In this document: piece after piece, positions 55,570 to 64,000 of the stretch | Layout of the letters: the number at the start of each line of letters is the position of its first letter | Position numbering within the stretch: position 1 is the first letter of the stretch | DNA from: a virus | DNA length: 64,000 nucleotides | Virus record (IMG/VR): IMGVR_UViG_3300043427_003402 | Reading direction: 5' to 3' (one strand) | Made by a program: the position numbers and the translations under genes | Notes under the pieces: generated by a model | The model's input: only the letters and a program-made list of their open reading frames with translations | Told to the model about the DNA's origin: nothing | Databases searched by the model: none

Positions 55570-57543
55570 TTAAAGAAGTCCTGACGGTGGGGTCCAGACT
55601 TCTTCTGTTTCTTCTTCAGGTGCAAAACCAAAGAGCTTAAAGCTGGCGTAGCCGTTCCATCCATTTACGTGATCTGAGGCGCCTGCCTGAAGCCTGAAGT
55701 GGGTATAAGCTCCCGCGTTTACAACGTCAAACGACCTAACTTCGCCGGCCGCTAAAGGTTGCTCGGTCGTGTCATACTCCGCTAGCGTTGTCCAGTTTGT
55801 AGACGAGTAGTATTTTGCATCTTCAGTGTCAATCCAGTTGTTTGTGCCCTGGAGCTTGTAGCTCTTAGGCGTAATCGAACCATAGGCAGCCCAATCGTTG
55901 TTTGTGTCCGTCCCAGCTGTAATTTCAAACCGAGTCGGTATTTTTTGCGTGCCGGTTGTGCTCTTTAGCGCAATCAGCGTTCCGTACCTAGAATAAAACG
56001 CAGTTGCGGGATCGTCATCCATGGCGAAGTGCGCAGACCCGTAGGGCGCGTACCAGGTTGCATCGAGCATGTAAATGCGATAACCACCAGCCTCGACGTA
56101 AACCTGGTTCTGATCCCCTGCATCTGTAATAACCGGGCCCCACACATTGCCGCTGTAGTCTGCCGCGTAATTCCAGACGCCGTACGGACTGAGCAAGGTT
56201 TCTTCCTGCGTGTCTACGCCGTAGAGCTTAAAGCCGGAAACTGCTACCCAGTCATTTTGATGATCACTGTCGCTCATTATGACACGGAAATGTTTGTAGG
56301 CCGGTGCGCCTGTTTGCACACTAAAAGCTTTGGTTTCACCAAGCTCCCAGGCTTGACCTTGAATGTCTATGTAGTCAATGGCGTGCCAATTCGTAGACGT
56401 AAATTCACGGGCATCGGCAAGATCAACCCAGTCGTTTGTTCCTTGCAAGCGGAAAATCTTAGGCACCTTAGACCCGTAAGTCGGAATTTCGTTGCCAGGA
56501 TCAAGCGGTGCCGTTACCTCGAAACGAGTCAGAATTTTCTTAGCGGCGCCCTGGAAAATCATCCAAAGGCTATAACGCGTCCAAAAGTCTGTTGCAGTGT
56601 CGTTATCAAATGCGTTCCAGGCTAAGCCCGAAGGGTGATACGTGTTGGCGTCATAAATGGTGTAGCCATTTGCCTCTAAAGGCTGGCTTCCGGGTGTGCC
56701 GTTATACGCAGGGCCGGTGATGCCAAGCGGGCTGATCAGGTGGTCTTGGAAACCAAACACGCGCAGCTCTTTAATGTTGACCACGGGCTGAAGCCCGTTC
56801 GACTTGGTAACAATAAGACGATAGTGCTTAAACGCTTGAGGAACCAATATAGGGTAGGTTTTTTCGTTGCCCGAAATCAGCATCTGATTGGTTTGCTCGT
56901 CAAGCGTAGTCCAGTTTGTTGAGGCAGGGTCCGCAAAATCGGCTTCACTGACCCACGTATTGGAGCCTTGAAAAATAAAATCGCGGGGCGCATTAACTCC
57001 CAAGTGGGCATACGCGTCGGCATCTGGCATAATGCCGTACATTACGGCAAGTTTTTGACTTTGACCCTTATAGCCAACAGCCGCCGGTAACCCGGCTTGC
57101 CAGCAAACAGCTTCGCTATGGGAGCCGTTGAACACCGTGTAAGGCGTTGCAGAAGAGCCGCTACCGTAGGCCGTGAAGTACGGGTTAATGTTGCCTGTCA
57201 TGCCGGTAGGGCTGATCACGCTCACACCAGCCGGGACAATCGGTTCGACGGCCGTTGACTCGACAACTACGACAGCGCCGCTGGCGATAGCTTTCTTAAG
57301 CTCCAGCTGCGCCGGCGTGTATACCGTGAAAACAATTTTTTTAAGAATTTTGTTGGTCACAGGGTTACGGATATACACAATACCAGTGCCAGGATTCAAA
57401 GCTGCGACGTTACCTGCGGCGTTAATTGAAAGTACCGCGTCGGATCCCGGTGCAAGCTCATAGATAACACTTTCATCTACAGGGCCGCCGTTAATAGCCA
57501 CGTTAAGGTCAATAATTTGACCCACCGCTAGGTTTCGTTTCAT
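55570..57543 (-). CDS. Ig-like anchor + three F5/8C-like domains
   Basis: Three repeats P+.F..QG.N.W.......STNW..L...GE.+.F....A+.HFRL. Confidence 0.78.
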   Translation of the reverse strand: MKRNLAVGQIIDLNVAINGGPVDESVIYELAPGSDAVLSINAAGNVAALNPGTGIVYIRNPVTNKILKKIVFTVYTPAQLELKKAIASGAVVVVESTAVEPIVPAGVSVISPTGMTGNINPYFTAYGSGSSATPYTVFNGSHSEAVCWQAGLPAAVGYKGQSQKLAVMYGIMPDADAYAHLGVNAPRDFIFQGSNTWVSEADFADPASTNWTTLDEQTNQMLISGNEKTYPILVPQAFKHYRLIVTKSNGLQPVVNIKELRVFGFQDHLISPLGITGPAYNGTPGSQPLEANGYTIYDANTYHPSGLAWNAFDNDTATDFWTRYSLWMIFQGAAKKILTRFEVTAPLDPGNEIPTYGSKVPKIFRLQGTNDWVDLADAREFTSTNWHAIDYIDIQGQAWELGETKAFSVQTGAPAYKHFRVIMSDSDHQNDWVAVSGFKLYGVDTQEETLLSPYGVWNYAADYSGNVWGPVITDAGDQNQVYVEAGGYRIYMLDATWYAPYGSAHFAMDDDPATAFYSRYGTLIALKSTTGTQKIPTRFEITAGTDTNNDWAAYGSITPKSYKLQGTNNWIDTEDAKYYSSTNWTTLAEYDTTEQPLAAGEVRSFDVVNAGAYTHFRLQAGASDHVNGWNGYASFKLFGFAPEEETEEVWTPPSGLL

Positions 57544-57556
57544 GGTTGTCTCCTTT

Positions 57557-57587
57557 AAAAAAGGAAGGCCCCCGTAAGGGCCTTCCT
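57557..57587 (-). terminator. Rho-independent terminator after the fibre gene
   Basis: AGGAAGGCCC...GGGCCTTCCT followed by a T tract. Confidence 0.85.
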
Positions 57588-57606
57588 CTGCTTACCACTT
57601 ACAGAA

Positions 57607-60510
57607 TTACGCGAAGTAACGGAGTTCGACCATCACGCCCGCGTCAAGAGCCGAGAACGTGACCTTGGAGCCGTCTTCAGCGACTTCAAAGTGTACGTCG
57701 CGGCGCATCTTGCGACCGTCAATGTAGAATTCCACTGCCGCGCTGTTGGGGATTGCCGGAGCGCCAACGGGCTTGAGCAATTCCACTTCGCCGCCCACGG
57801 AGTTGTCGATGAACACCTCGCGGAAGGACTTGGCTTCCAAGGTGTCCAAGCGACCATCCAAAGCAACTTCTGCCGCTTCGGCGCGGGTCTGCTCGGCGCT
57901 GATCGCGTTCAACACGGTGGTGCTGAAGTTGGGGTCGTCACCCAACGCAGCCGCCAGCTCGTTCAAGGTGTCCAGCAACGCAGGCGCGCTGTCCACCAAG
58001 TCAGCGATCTTCTGGTCGGTGTACGCTTCCGCGCTCGAAAGCGTGGTCGCATCAGCCGCAGCAAAATCCGCGCGAATGTCAGCTTCTTCGTTCTGCGCAC
58101 GCAGCACTTCGTTGTCAACGGCTGTTTGCAGCAGAGCGTCAGCAGCAGCGAAATCCAAACGAATGTCCGCCTCTTCGGCCATGGCGCGGGTTTCTTCCGC
58201 CATAATCTTGCCGTCCAAGACCAAGTCAGCCGCAGCAAAGTCGTTACGGATGTCGAGCTCTTCGGCCATCGCGCGAGTCTCTTCAGCCGTAATGTTGGTT
58301 TGCAGCACGCCCTCAGCGGTCGTCGCACGAAGCTCTTCCGCTTCAACATCCGCAACGCGGTCCAGGACTTCCTGCGCCAAGTTCGCGGAAATCACACCCT
58401 CGGCCGCAGTGGCGCGAAGCTCTTCATCCGTAATCTTGCCGTCCAAAACCAAGTCCGCAGCGATGCGGGCAGCGGTTTCAGCAGCCAAGTCGCCGTTAGA
58501 AGACGAGTCCAACGCGGCGATCGCGTCATCGACGTACTTCTTGACAACGAGGTGCTCGTCAGCCTGAGGCATGACAGGCGCAAGGGTCTCGTCAAGCATG
58601 CTAATGCCGTCAGCAAGGAAGTTAACCGATACAAAGGTCTGATTATTATCTGCGCTGGTCTCAACGCTGAGGCCACTTTGCTGAAGCATAAAATTGACGC
58701 CGCCGCCAAGCGTGCTATCGGAAATGCTCACTTCAAAATGATTTGTAAGCTCGTAGTGGCTGACGTGGGTTTCTGCCTCATAATGAAGTTGAATGCTTTC
58801 AGCACCAAGCGAAAGAGTGGAGTTGTTTGCGGAGCTGTCAAACGTAACAACTCCATCGGTATCAATCGCGCCACCAGCCTTGTTGAACTTCAAGTCGATG
58901 TTAGCTTGCAAGGCGTCGCCTGCATCGTCAACATACTTCTTGACAACAAGGTGCTCGTCGTTAAGCGGCATCAATGGGTTGTTGGCACCATCGCGCAACT
59001 GCACACCATCCGGGTTAATGTCGAATTGGCTGTAGGTTGCATAATTGTCAGCAGTGCGCTCAATGTGGAATTCGTCTTTTTTAAACAGCGCATACACGCC
59101 GTTAGTGAGGTCATAACTGTCCAAGGATATACCGTCAATTTCGACCTGAAAATCACCCGCTTCGTCGCCGTTATTGAAATGGGTCTCAAAACGACCAACA
59201 GAAGCTTCAATATCACAGCTAGCCGGACCGTTTTCTGTAATCAACCGCAGGGTTTCACCCATGATGTTTTTGGCTTCAAAGCCCAGTTTGGTGCTACCGG
59301 CCGCGTCCGCGTCCAGCATCTGGAACACAAACTTCTGGGCCGCTTCATCCCACACCATGCCGGCATGCTCGCGCTCAACGCCAGCATCGCTACCACGGTG
59401 AATCGAGACACCCGCCAAGCCCGTAGGAACAGGATCATTTGCGCCAGCAGTCGCGGGCTCGTTCAGGTGAACCAAACGGTCGTTAACCACCATGTCCACG
59501 CTGTTCACGCTGGTCATGTTGCCGTTGATGACCAAGTCGCCCTGGACCGTCAGATTGCCCGAGGCCGTGACATCACCCGTGAAGGTTGACGTGCCAGCCA
59601 CTTCCAGTGTGCCGGTAATTTCAACGTTACCGTCAATTTCGCCGCCAGCCTTGTCGTACTTCAAGCTGCTAAGGTCGGCTTCAGCCGCCAGCGCACGCGC
59701 AATTTCCTCGGCCAAGTCGCCGGCAATTTCGCCTTCTGCGGCAGTTGCACGCTGAGTTTCGCTGTCGATCAGGCCCTGCAACGCGGTTTCGGCGGTTGTG
59801 GCGCGAAGCTCTTCCGCATCCACATCTGCAACGCGATCCAAAATCTCTTGAGCCAAGTTGGCAGCAATGACGCCTTCGGCAGCCAGCGCGCGAGCTTCCT
59901 CATTACTGACAGCTTGCTGGCGGTCAAGAACTTCCTGAATCAAATTGCTATTGATAGTCGTTTCAACGGTTATGGCGCGAAGTTCCTCGGCATCCACATC
60001 TGCGATGCGATCCAAGATCTCCTGAGCCAAGTCGGCCGCAATGACGCCCTCGGCGGTCGTTGCGCGAAGCTCTTCGTCTTCAATCATGCCTTGCAGGACG
60101 TTATCCGCCGCAGCAAAATCCGCACGAATGGAGCCTTCCTCGGTCATTGCACGAGTCTGCTCTTGCTTAACTGAGTACGCAACCGAGCCTTGGAGGCTGT
60201 CAGCACCCTGCAAGGTGTCCAAACGGCCCTCGAGCGCTTCTTCCGCGGCCAACGCGCGGGTGACTTCTTCCGAAATCTGCACGTCAAGCGCGGCTTCAGC
60301 GGCCGACGCACGGTTCACTTCAGCCGTAACCGAAGCGACAATAGCAGCCAAGTCCGAAACCAGACCTGCAATTTTAGACTGTTGAATTGCAGCGTTTGCA
60401 GCAACCTTGCTGTCGCTGATAACACCCGCTGCAAGCAGACCTGCAACGACGGAAGCTTCCTTACCGTGAAGGTTAAGGTCCATCTTCCTTACTGGAAAAA
60501 GTTGCGGCAT
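57607..60510 (-). CDS. Long coiled-coil fibre (head/tail fibre) protein
   Basis: Many E..RA.AAE repeats; GNLTVQGDLVING beta segment; KIADLVDSAPALLDTLNELAAALGDDPNF fibre motif. Confidence 0.8.
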   Translation of the reverse strand: MPQLFPVRKMDLNLHGKEASVVAGLLAAGVISDSKVAANAAIQQSKIAGLVSDLAAIVASVTAEVNRASAAEAALDVQISEEVTRALAAEEALEGRLDTLQGADSLQGSVAYSVKQEQTRAMTEEGSIRADFAAADNVLQGMIEDEELRATTAEGVIAADLAQEILDRIADVDAEELRAITVETTINSNLIQEVLDRQQAVSNEEARALAAEGVIAANLAQEILDRVADVDAEELRATTAETALQGLIDSETQRATAAEGEIAGDLAEEIARALAAEADLSSLKYDKAGGEIDGNVEITGTLEVAGTSTFTGDVTASGNLTVQGDLVINGNMTSVNSVDMVVNDRLVHLNEPATAGANDPVPTGLAGVSIHRGSDAGVEREHAGMVWDEAAQKFVFQMLDADAAGSTKLGFEAKNIMGETLRLITENGPASCDIEASVGRFETHFNNGDEAGDFQVEIDGISLDSYDLTNGVYALFKKDEFHIERTADNYATYSQFDINPDGVQLRDGANNPLMPLNDEHLVVKKYVDDAGDALQANIDLKFNKAGGAIDTDGVVTFDSSANNSTLSLGAESIQLHYEAETHVSHYELTNHFEVSISDSTLGGGVNFMLQQSGLSVETSADNNQTFVSVNFLADGISMLDETLAPVMPQADEHLVVKKYVDDAIAALDSSSNGDLAAETAARIAADLVLDGKITDEELRATAAEGVISANLAQEVLDRVADVEAEELRATTAEGVLQTNITAEETRAMAEELDIRNDFAAADLVLDGKIMAEETRAMAEEADIRLDFAAADALLQTAVDNEVLRAQNEEADIRADFAAADATTLSSAEAYTDQKIADLVDSAPALLDTLNELAAALGDDPNFSTTVLNAISAEQTRAEAAEVALDGRLDTLEAKSFREVFIDNSVGGEVELLKPVGAPAIPNSAAVEFYIDGRKMRRDVHFEVAEDGSKVTFSALDAGVMVELRYFA

Positions 60511-60565
60511 ACAAACCTCCTATAAAAAAAGGGAACGAGGCCGGCGGGATGACCGGCCGCTATAA

Positions 60566-60572
60566 AATTATC
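60566..60572 (-). promoter_or_regulatory. GATAATT putative phage promoter element
   Basis: Intergenic, upstream of the fibre gene. Confidence 0.55.
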
Positions 60573-60666
60573 GGCTAATGCTGCTAGCTTTTGAGCAATT
60601 TCGCGGTACGATTCCCTAGCCGCAGGGGCGCTCCGCACAAATTAACTATCTTGCTATAACCTATGC

Positions 60667-61020
60667 TTAAGCGCCGTAAAAGCGAAGCTCAACGTCCTGA
60701 CCAGGTAGCAACGGCGCAAAGTTAACGGAACCTCCGCCCGCTGCCACAGTAAATACCTTATCCGCGCCGCGCCGCACTTTCCGTCCATCTATGTACAGCT
60801 CGGTTGTCTCATTGTTAGGAATGGGCGGGCTAGAGGGCGGCTTAGCCAGTGACGTTTCTCCGCCGACGGCGCCATCAATGAACGCCGTGTACAGCTGAAG
60901 CGCTTCGGTCGTGCCCCCGCCGCCAGAGCCGCCAGAGCCGCTTGTTGCTAGGCTGTCCCCAGCGAGCGCTGTCGATGAGACAATCGCGTTGCCCTGTTCG
61001 TCAACAAAATAAAGCGGCAT
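60667..61020 (-). CDS. Small paralog of the fibre C-terminal domain
   Basis: FID..VGGE..L.KP...P.IPN....E.YIDGRK.RR...F.VA..G..V.F..L..G..VELR shared with the C-terminus of 57607..60510. Confidence 0.75.
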   Translation of the reverse strand: MPLYFVDEQGNAIVSSTALAGDSLATSGSGGSGGGGTTEALQLYTAFIDGAVGGETSLAKPPSSPPIPNNETTELYIDGRKVRRGADKVFTVAAGGGSVNFAPLLPGQDVELRFYGA

Positions 61021-61032
61021 CGTCTACCCCTC

Positions 61033-61491
61033 TTAAAGGGTCTCTCCAGCAACGGAATAGGAGAACGCGCCCGCGTACTGTGAGACGTCAATTTGTAGCT
61101 GCAAGTGCCGGCCCTCGATGCCGTCCGTCGACATAATGTACGATCCGGTGTATGCGGGCAGTAGAAACCACGTGCGTGGCTCGCCGTCAATTATAATACT
61201 AACCCGCACGTCCCGTGCAACATCGTTATCAAACATCAACGACACAATCTTAAAATCGTTCTGCCGAGTGGCGTCGCCGACAACAATAGTCTGCGGTGCG
61301 GTGGCGCAGTCAATCGGGCCAGCAGCGGCTACAAAGTCTTGCTTTGCGGTTAATGTACCGCTCGCGTCAACCGGTAGGCCGCCCCCTACAATCGAGTAGT
61401 ATAAGAACGTCAGAAGGTCGAGAATTTCGTTAAGCGACTTTTCCGAGCTGTAACCGTGCGAACGGTAATTAAATGAAGGCGGATTGTGCAT
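61033..61491 (-). CDS. Hypothetical structural protein
   Basis: 152 aa, tightly packed in the operon. Confidence 0.6.
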   Translation of the reverse strand: MHNPPSFNYRSHGYSSEKSLNEILDLLTFLYYSIVGGGLPVDASGTLTAKQDFVAAAGPIDCATAPQTIVVGDATRQNDFKIVSLMFDNDVARDVRVSIIIDGEPRTWFLLPAYTGSYIMSTDGIEGRHLQLQIDVSQYAGAFSYSVAGETL

Positions 61492-61494
61492 GCG

Positions 61495-62067
61495 TTATAT
61501 CACCAGCCACTCGTCGCCGGCAAAAACAAATGTCCGGCTGCCATAGGCTTCCGCCAGCACCAAAGCCGTCTGTCCGTCAATCCTTGTCCCGTCAACCGTG
61601 CTCACAGCGACAGGATTTACGTCTGCGTCACCTTTTGCGTCCTTTACGACCACCTGCGTCCCGGTCGCAGCGGCCGCGGGCAAGCGCACGGAAAAAGGCT
61701 GCGGCTGCGAGCTCTTGCAGGCGACTACAGTTGAAGCGGCCGCAGAGTGTGGCGAGGTGGTCGCCACCGTGATGCTCGGTCCTGTGGTAGCGGGGTTGAC
61801 CCCCGTCAAGGTGACCCAAGTCGTGCCGTCCCACATGTCGATTCGTGGGCCTGTGGGAGCCGCTTCGACCAGTACCCACTCGCCGGGCTGTAGGCCAGTC
61901 AACGTGCCGCGTGCCGTAAGCGTGGCGACGTTCCCGCGGAACTTACGCCGGGCGTCCATAAAATGTTGCACGTTGCCGACTGCCGCGCCGTCCCCTACCT
62001 CTACAGCTGTGAACGGTATGATGCGGTTAATGCCGATTATGCCGGCGCGTGTAGGATCGTAAGGCAT
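61495..62067 (-). CDS. Virion fibre/baseplate-associated protein
   Basis: VRLPAA...G.QVVVKDAKG...NPV....IDG....YGS.TFVF.G..W module common in phage fibres. Confidence 0.6.
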   Translation of the reverse strand: MPYDPTRAGIIGINRIIPFTAVEVGDGAAVGNVQHFMDARRKFRGNVATLTARGTLTGLQPGEWVLVEAAPTGPRIDMWDGTTWVTLTGVNPATTGPSITVATTSPHSAAASTVVACKSSQPQPFSVRLPAAAATGTQVVVKDAKGDADVNPVAVSTVDGTRIDGQTALVLAEAYGSRTFVFAGDEWLVI

Positions 62068-62107
62068 GCTACGCTAAAGCCCTCAAACCGCCGGTACCTG
62101 CGAGCCG

Positions 62108-62305
62108 TTAAGAAGAGAAAAAGCGGTTAAGGTAATTATCATCAGCCTCGGTATGGTGTAACGGTTTAGCCCCGGTGGCGCCGCGTAGGTGTTGCGAGTC
62201 TCGGGTTCGCTTTCTAAACGTGCGGCTAAAGGGCATGCGATCCGCGGGGTAGCGGCTAGATTGTAAGCGTTCGGACTCAAGTTCTTCCCACGTAAAGTCT
62301 GACAT
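62108..62305 (-). CDS. Small hypothetical protein (MSDFTWEELE...)
   Basis: SD GGGGGAAG before ATG 62305. Confidence 0.45.
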   Translation of the reverse strand: MSDFTWEELESERLQSSRYPADRMPFSRTFRKRTRDSQHLRGATGAKPLHHTEADDNYLNRFFSS

Positions 62306-62330
62306 ACTTCCCCCCAACCTGCAAGCATAC

Positions 62331-62363
62331 AAAAGGGGGCCGGAGCTTGCGGCCCCGGCCCTT
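62331..62363 (-). terminator. Terminator after the lysis cassette
   Basis: GGGCCGG...CCGGCCC stem followed by TTTT. Confidence 0.7.
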
Positions 62364-62374
62364 GCGCTTTAAAC

Positions 62375-62686
62375 CTATTGAGGCTGCGCGTCCGGCGCGG
62401 GGGCAGGTGGCACGTGATTGTAAGTCGCCACGGCGGAAGCGTAGATGATGATTGCGTTACACGCTTCCGTAACGAGCTGCGGCCAGTCCAGGCTTGAGAG
62501 CGAGCCGGCCAACCACGCGTTCAGGACGGCGCAGAGGACTGCCAAAAGCATAGTGGTGGCTCGGATCGCCATCGCGTTACCGGAATTTACCGGGATGCTA
62601 GGCGCGTCTTTCACCTTTTGCGTCACAAGCGCAACAACGGGGCCCATCAACAATGGCAGCACTGGGGCGAGGGAAGAGAAGTCCAT
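62375..62686 (-). CDS. Holin
   Basis: About 103 aa, three hydrophobic segments, SD AAGGAG, directly after the endolysin. Confidence 0.65.
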   Translation of the reverse strand: MDFSSLAPVLPLLMGPVVALVTQKVKDAPSIPVNSGNAMAIRATTMLLAVLCAVLNAWLAGSLSSLDWPQLVTEACNAIIIYASAVATYNHVPPAPAPDAQPQ

Positions 62687-62714
62687 TTGTAGTCTCCTTC
62701 TAAAGTAAGGCGCG

Positions 62715-63413
62715 TTAACCGAAGGCCGCTGAGAATTCAAATTTGCGTGTACCGGCCTTCAATTCGTCGTAGAACTTTAGCGTACGCTTACGGTAGTGCT
62801 CGGTGACTGTCAGGCCGCTTGCGCCAGGTAGCTTCCAGTTGCAATCCCACCTGAACCGACCGTAACCGTCAGCTTTTGCATACTCGGCGTGGTCGGAAAC
62901 AGCGGGCATTGACGTCTGCTTACCTGTAAACCAAGCATTATCCGCAGACGCATCACACGCCATCTCCGGTAGAATTATCTTCGCGCGGGGGTCGATCCGC
63001 TTCCACGCACAATACTCCGCGTTCCATTGTGCAATTAGCTCCACTTGCGCCAACGTAGGCTCGCGGCCAGGTACGGTAGGGTCAGCGCACAGCGCCCAGC
63101 CATCAACCATCCCGTTACGCTTCCATAAATGGGCCTGCCGCTGGTTACCGCGAATCGCTTTCACCAAGTACGCCTTACCGTCGGCGCCCTGAATCGCACT
63201 GACCATATAATCGTTGTACACAACCAAACGGCGGTCCGCCGTCCAGTGCAAGCACGTGCCTTTGCCTGTAGTAGGTTCGGACTCATTTACTTGATGGTTA
63301 ACCCAGCGGAACTCTACGCGGTTCCCTTGCCAAGTAACTTCGCGCGTGCCAAACCACGGCTTACCCGTGGCCGGGTTCGTACCTGAGACGTCAAGTATCC
63401 GTGACGGTGCCAT
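62715..63413 (-). CDS. Endolysin, N-acetylmuramoyl-L-alanine amidase (Amidase_2/T7-lysozyme-like)
   Basis: LHWTA, AHLWKRN, WALCA, PTLAQVE, DHAEYA..DGYG..RWD. Confidence 0.75.
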   Translation of the reverse strand: MAPSRILDVSGTNPATGKPWFGTREVTWQGNRVEFRWVNHQVNESEPTTGKGTCLHWTADRRLVVYNDYMVSAIQGADGKAYLVKAIRGNQRQAHLWKRNGMVDGWALCADPTVPGREPTLAQVELIAQWNAEYCAWKRIDPRAKIILPEMACDASADNAWFTGKQTSMPAVSDHAEYAKADGYGRFRWDCNWKLPGASGLTVTEHYRKRTLKFYDELKAGTRKFEFSAAFG

Positions 63414-63418
63414 AACAT

Positions 63419-63724
63419 CTACCTCGTAAAGTGAAAAACTTCGGAAACCTTACCAATAAGCGCGCCGAGTACCGCCACCGCGACGCCGTGCCACCACGTG
63501 ATGCGCCGTTGCGTTGTGCTTTTTGCGTGCTCTTCTAACGCGTCAATACGCGCAATCTGCTCGCGAAGCAAAGGGGCGATTCCGGGTCGCCACTCGTTGC
63601 CTTCAAACGAACCTTTCAGCACGTCCATCACCTCTGATTGAAACGCCATCGACTTCTCGCTGTGCGCTACAATCGACGCCTCCAGCGCGTCCAATTTATT
63701 AAACAAGCGGTCCTCGTTCGCCAT
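63419..63724 (-). CDS. Coiled-coil protein with C-terminal TM helix (lysis-associated)
   Basis: IARIDALEE coil followed by WWHGVAVAVLGALIG. Confidence 0.6.
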   Translation of the reverse strand: MANEDRLFNKLDALEASIVAHSEKSMAFQSEVMDVLKGSFEGNEWRPGIAPLLREQIARIDALEEHAKSTTQRRITWWHGVAVAVLGALIGKVSEVFHFTR

Positions 63725-63764
63725 ATCCGCACCCCTCTACGCCCCGCAGCCAAACCCGCGATTA

Positions 63765-63771
63765 AATTATC
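63765..63771 (-). promoter_or_regulatory. GATAATT putative phage promoter element
   Basis: Intergenic, upstream of the lysis cassette. Confidence 0.55.
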
Positions 63772-63816
63772 TGTAAAACGTGACTGCGTTGGCGCGTTTT
63801 CGCGAGCGAGGTGAGC

Positions 63817-64000
63817 TCAAGTTCGGATATACGTGGGCTCAAATCGCTCCCACACGTACTTCCACGACCGCCAAGACCAGACCCACTGGTACCACGTGTT
63901 ATAACTTACGTGCGCCACGAAGCGGCCCTGCTTATTCTTAAACTGCCACCAGCCGGTAGCGTCGCCTCGCCACTCCAGCGTACCCGGCTCAATACCAAAA
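63817..64000 (-). CDS. 3' end of a Trp-rich hypothetical ORF entering from the right edge
   Basis: Open frame ...FGIEPGTLEWRGDATGWWQFKNKQGRFVAHVSYNTWYQWVWSWRSWKYVWERFEPTYIRT*. Confidence 0.4.
   Translation of the reverse strand, partial: FGIEPGTLEWRGDATGWWQFKNKQGRFVAHVSYNTWYQWVWSWRSWKYVWERFEPTYIRT

Noticed and set aside
55467-55664. 65-aa minus-strand ORF between array genes
   Set aside because: Out-of-frame overlap with the upstream gene end and spans a hairpin; no SD
48583-57543. Diversity-generating retroelement or invertase shufflon behind the array
   Set aside because: No reverse transcriptase, recombinase, adenine-specific TR/VR pair or inverted crossover sites seen; each gene is complete with its own start
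57691-59589. 632-aa plus-strand ORF, plus 57746..58567
   Set aside because: Shadow of the repetitive, codon-biased fibre gene; no motifs
1-64000. CRISPR arrays, tRNA/rRNA genes, IS elements, integrase
   Set aside because: None recognisable by eye; intergenic gaps are short. tRNAscan/Infernal not run.
1-64000. Stop-codon reassignment as in some huge phages
   Set aside because: Conserved genes are uninterrupted under code 11, and TAA, TAG and TGA all end genes

Overview
This window is a 64-kb piece of a large tailed dsDNA bacteriophage genome (Caudoviricetes, huge/jumbo-phage style), almost entirely coding and mostly on the minus strand, using the standard genetic code. In order it holds: (1) a head module with the 5' part of the major capsid gene running off the left edge, a decoration protein, scaffold-like proteins and a prohead protease; (2) a mostly plus-strand island with an intein-containing GpA-type terminase, a degenerate DnaG-like protein, virion proteins and a TIM-barrel protein; (3) a transcription/nucleotide block with a phage-encoded multisubunit RNA polymerase (beta fused to the N-half of beta', beta' C-half separate), an SNF2 helicase, a class II RNR with an HNH intein and a sigma70-family factor; (4) baseplate, tail and tape-measure genes; (5) a seven-gene array sharing an Ig-like N-terminal anchor with swapped F5/8C-like heads; (6) fibre genes; (7) a holin/amidase lysis cassette. 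The best candidate for a new system is a virion-cargo system. More than 10 genes, including the helicase and sigma factor, carry short N-terminal leaders ending in K-x-A/G-A/S. The same motif separates tandem repeats inside glycine-zipper polyproteins, suggesting prohead-protease processing of a packaged transcription and membrane-insertion payload. A recurrent GATAATT element upstream of operons is the candidate phage promoter. All assignments come from motifs recognised by eye with no database search, and the host cannot be determined from this window.
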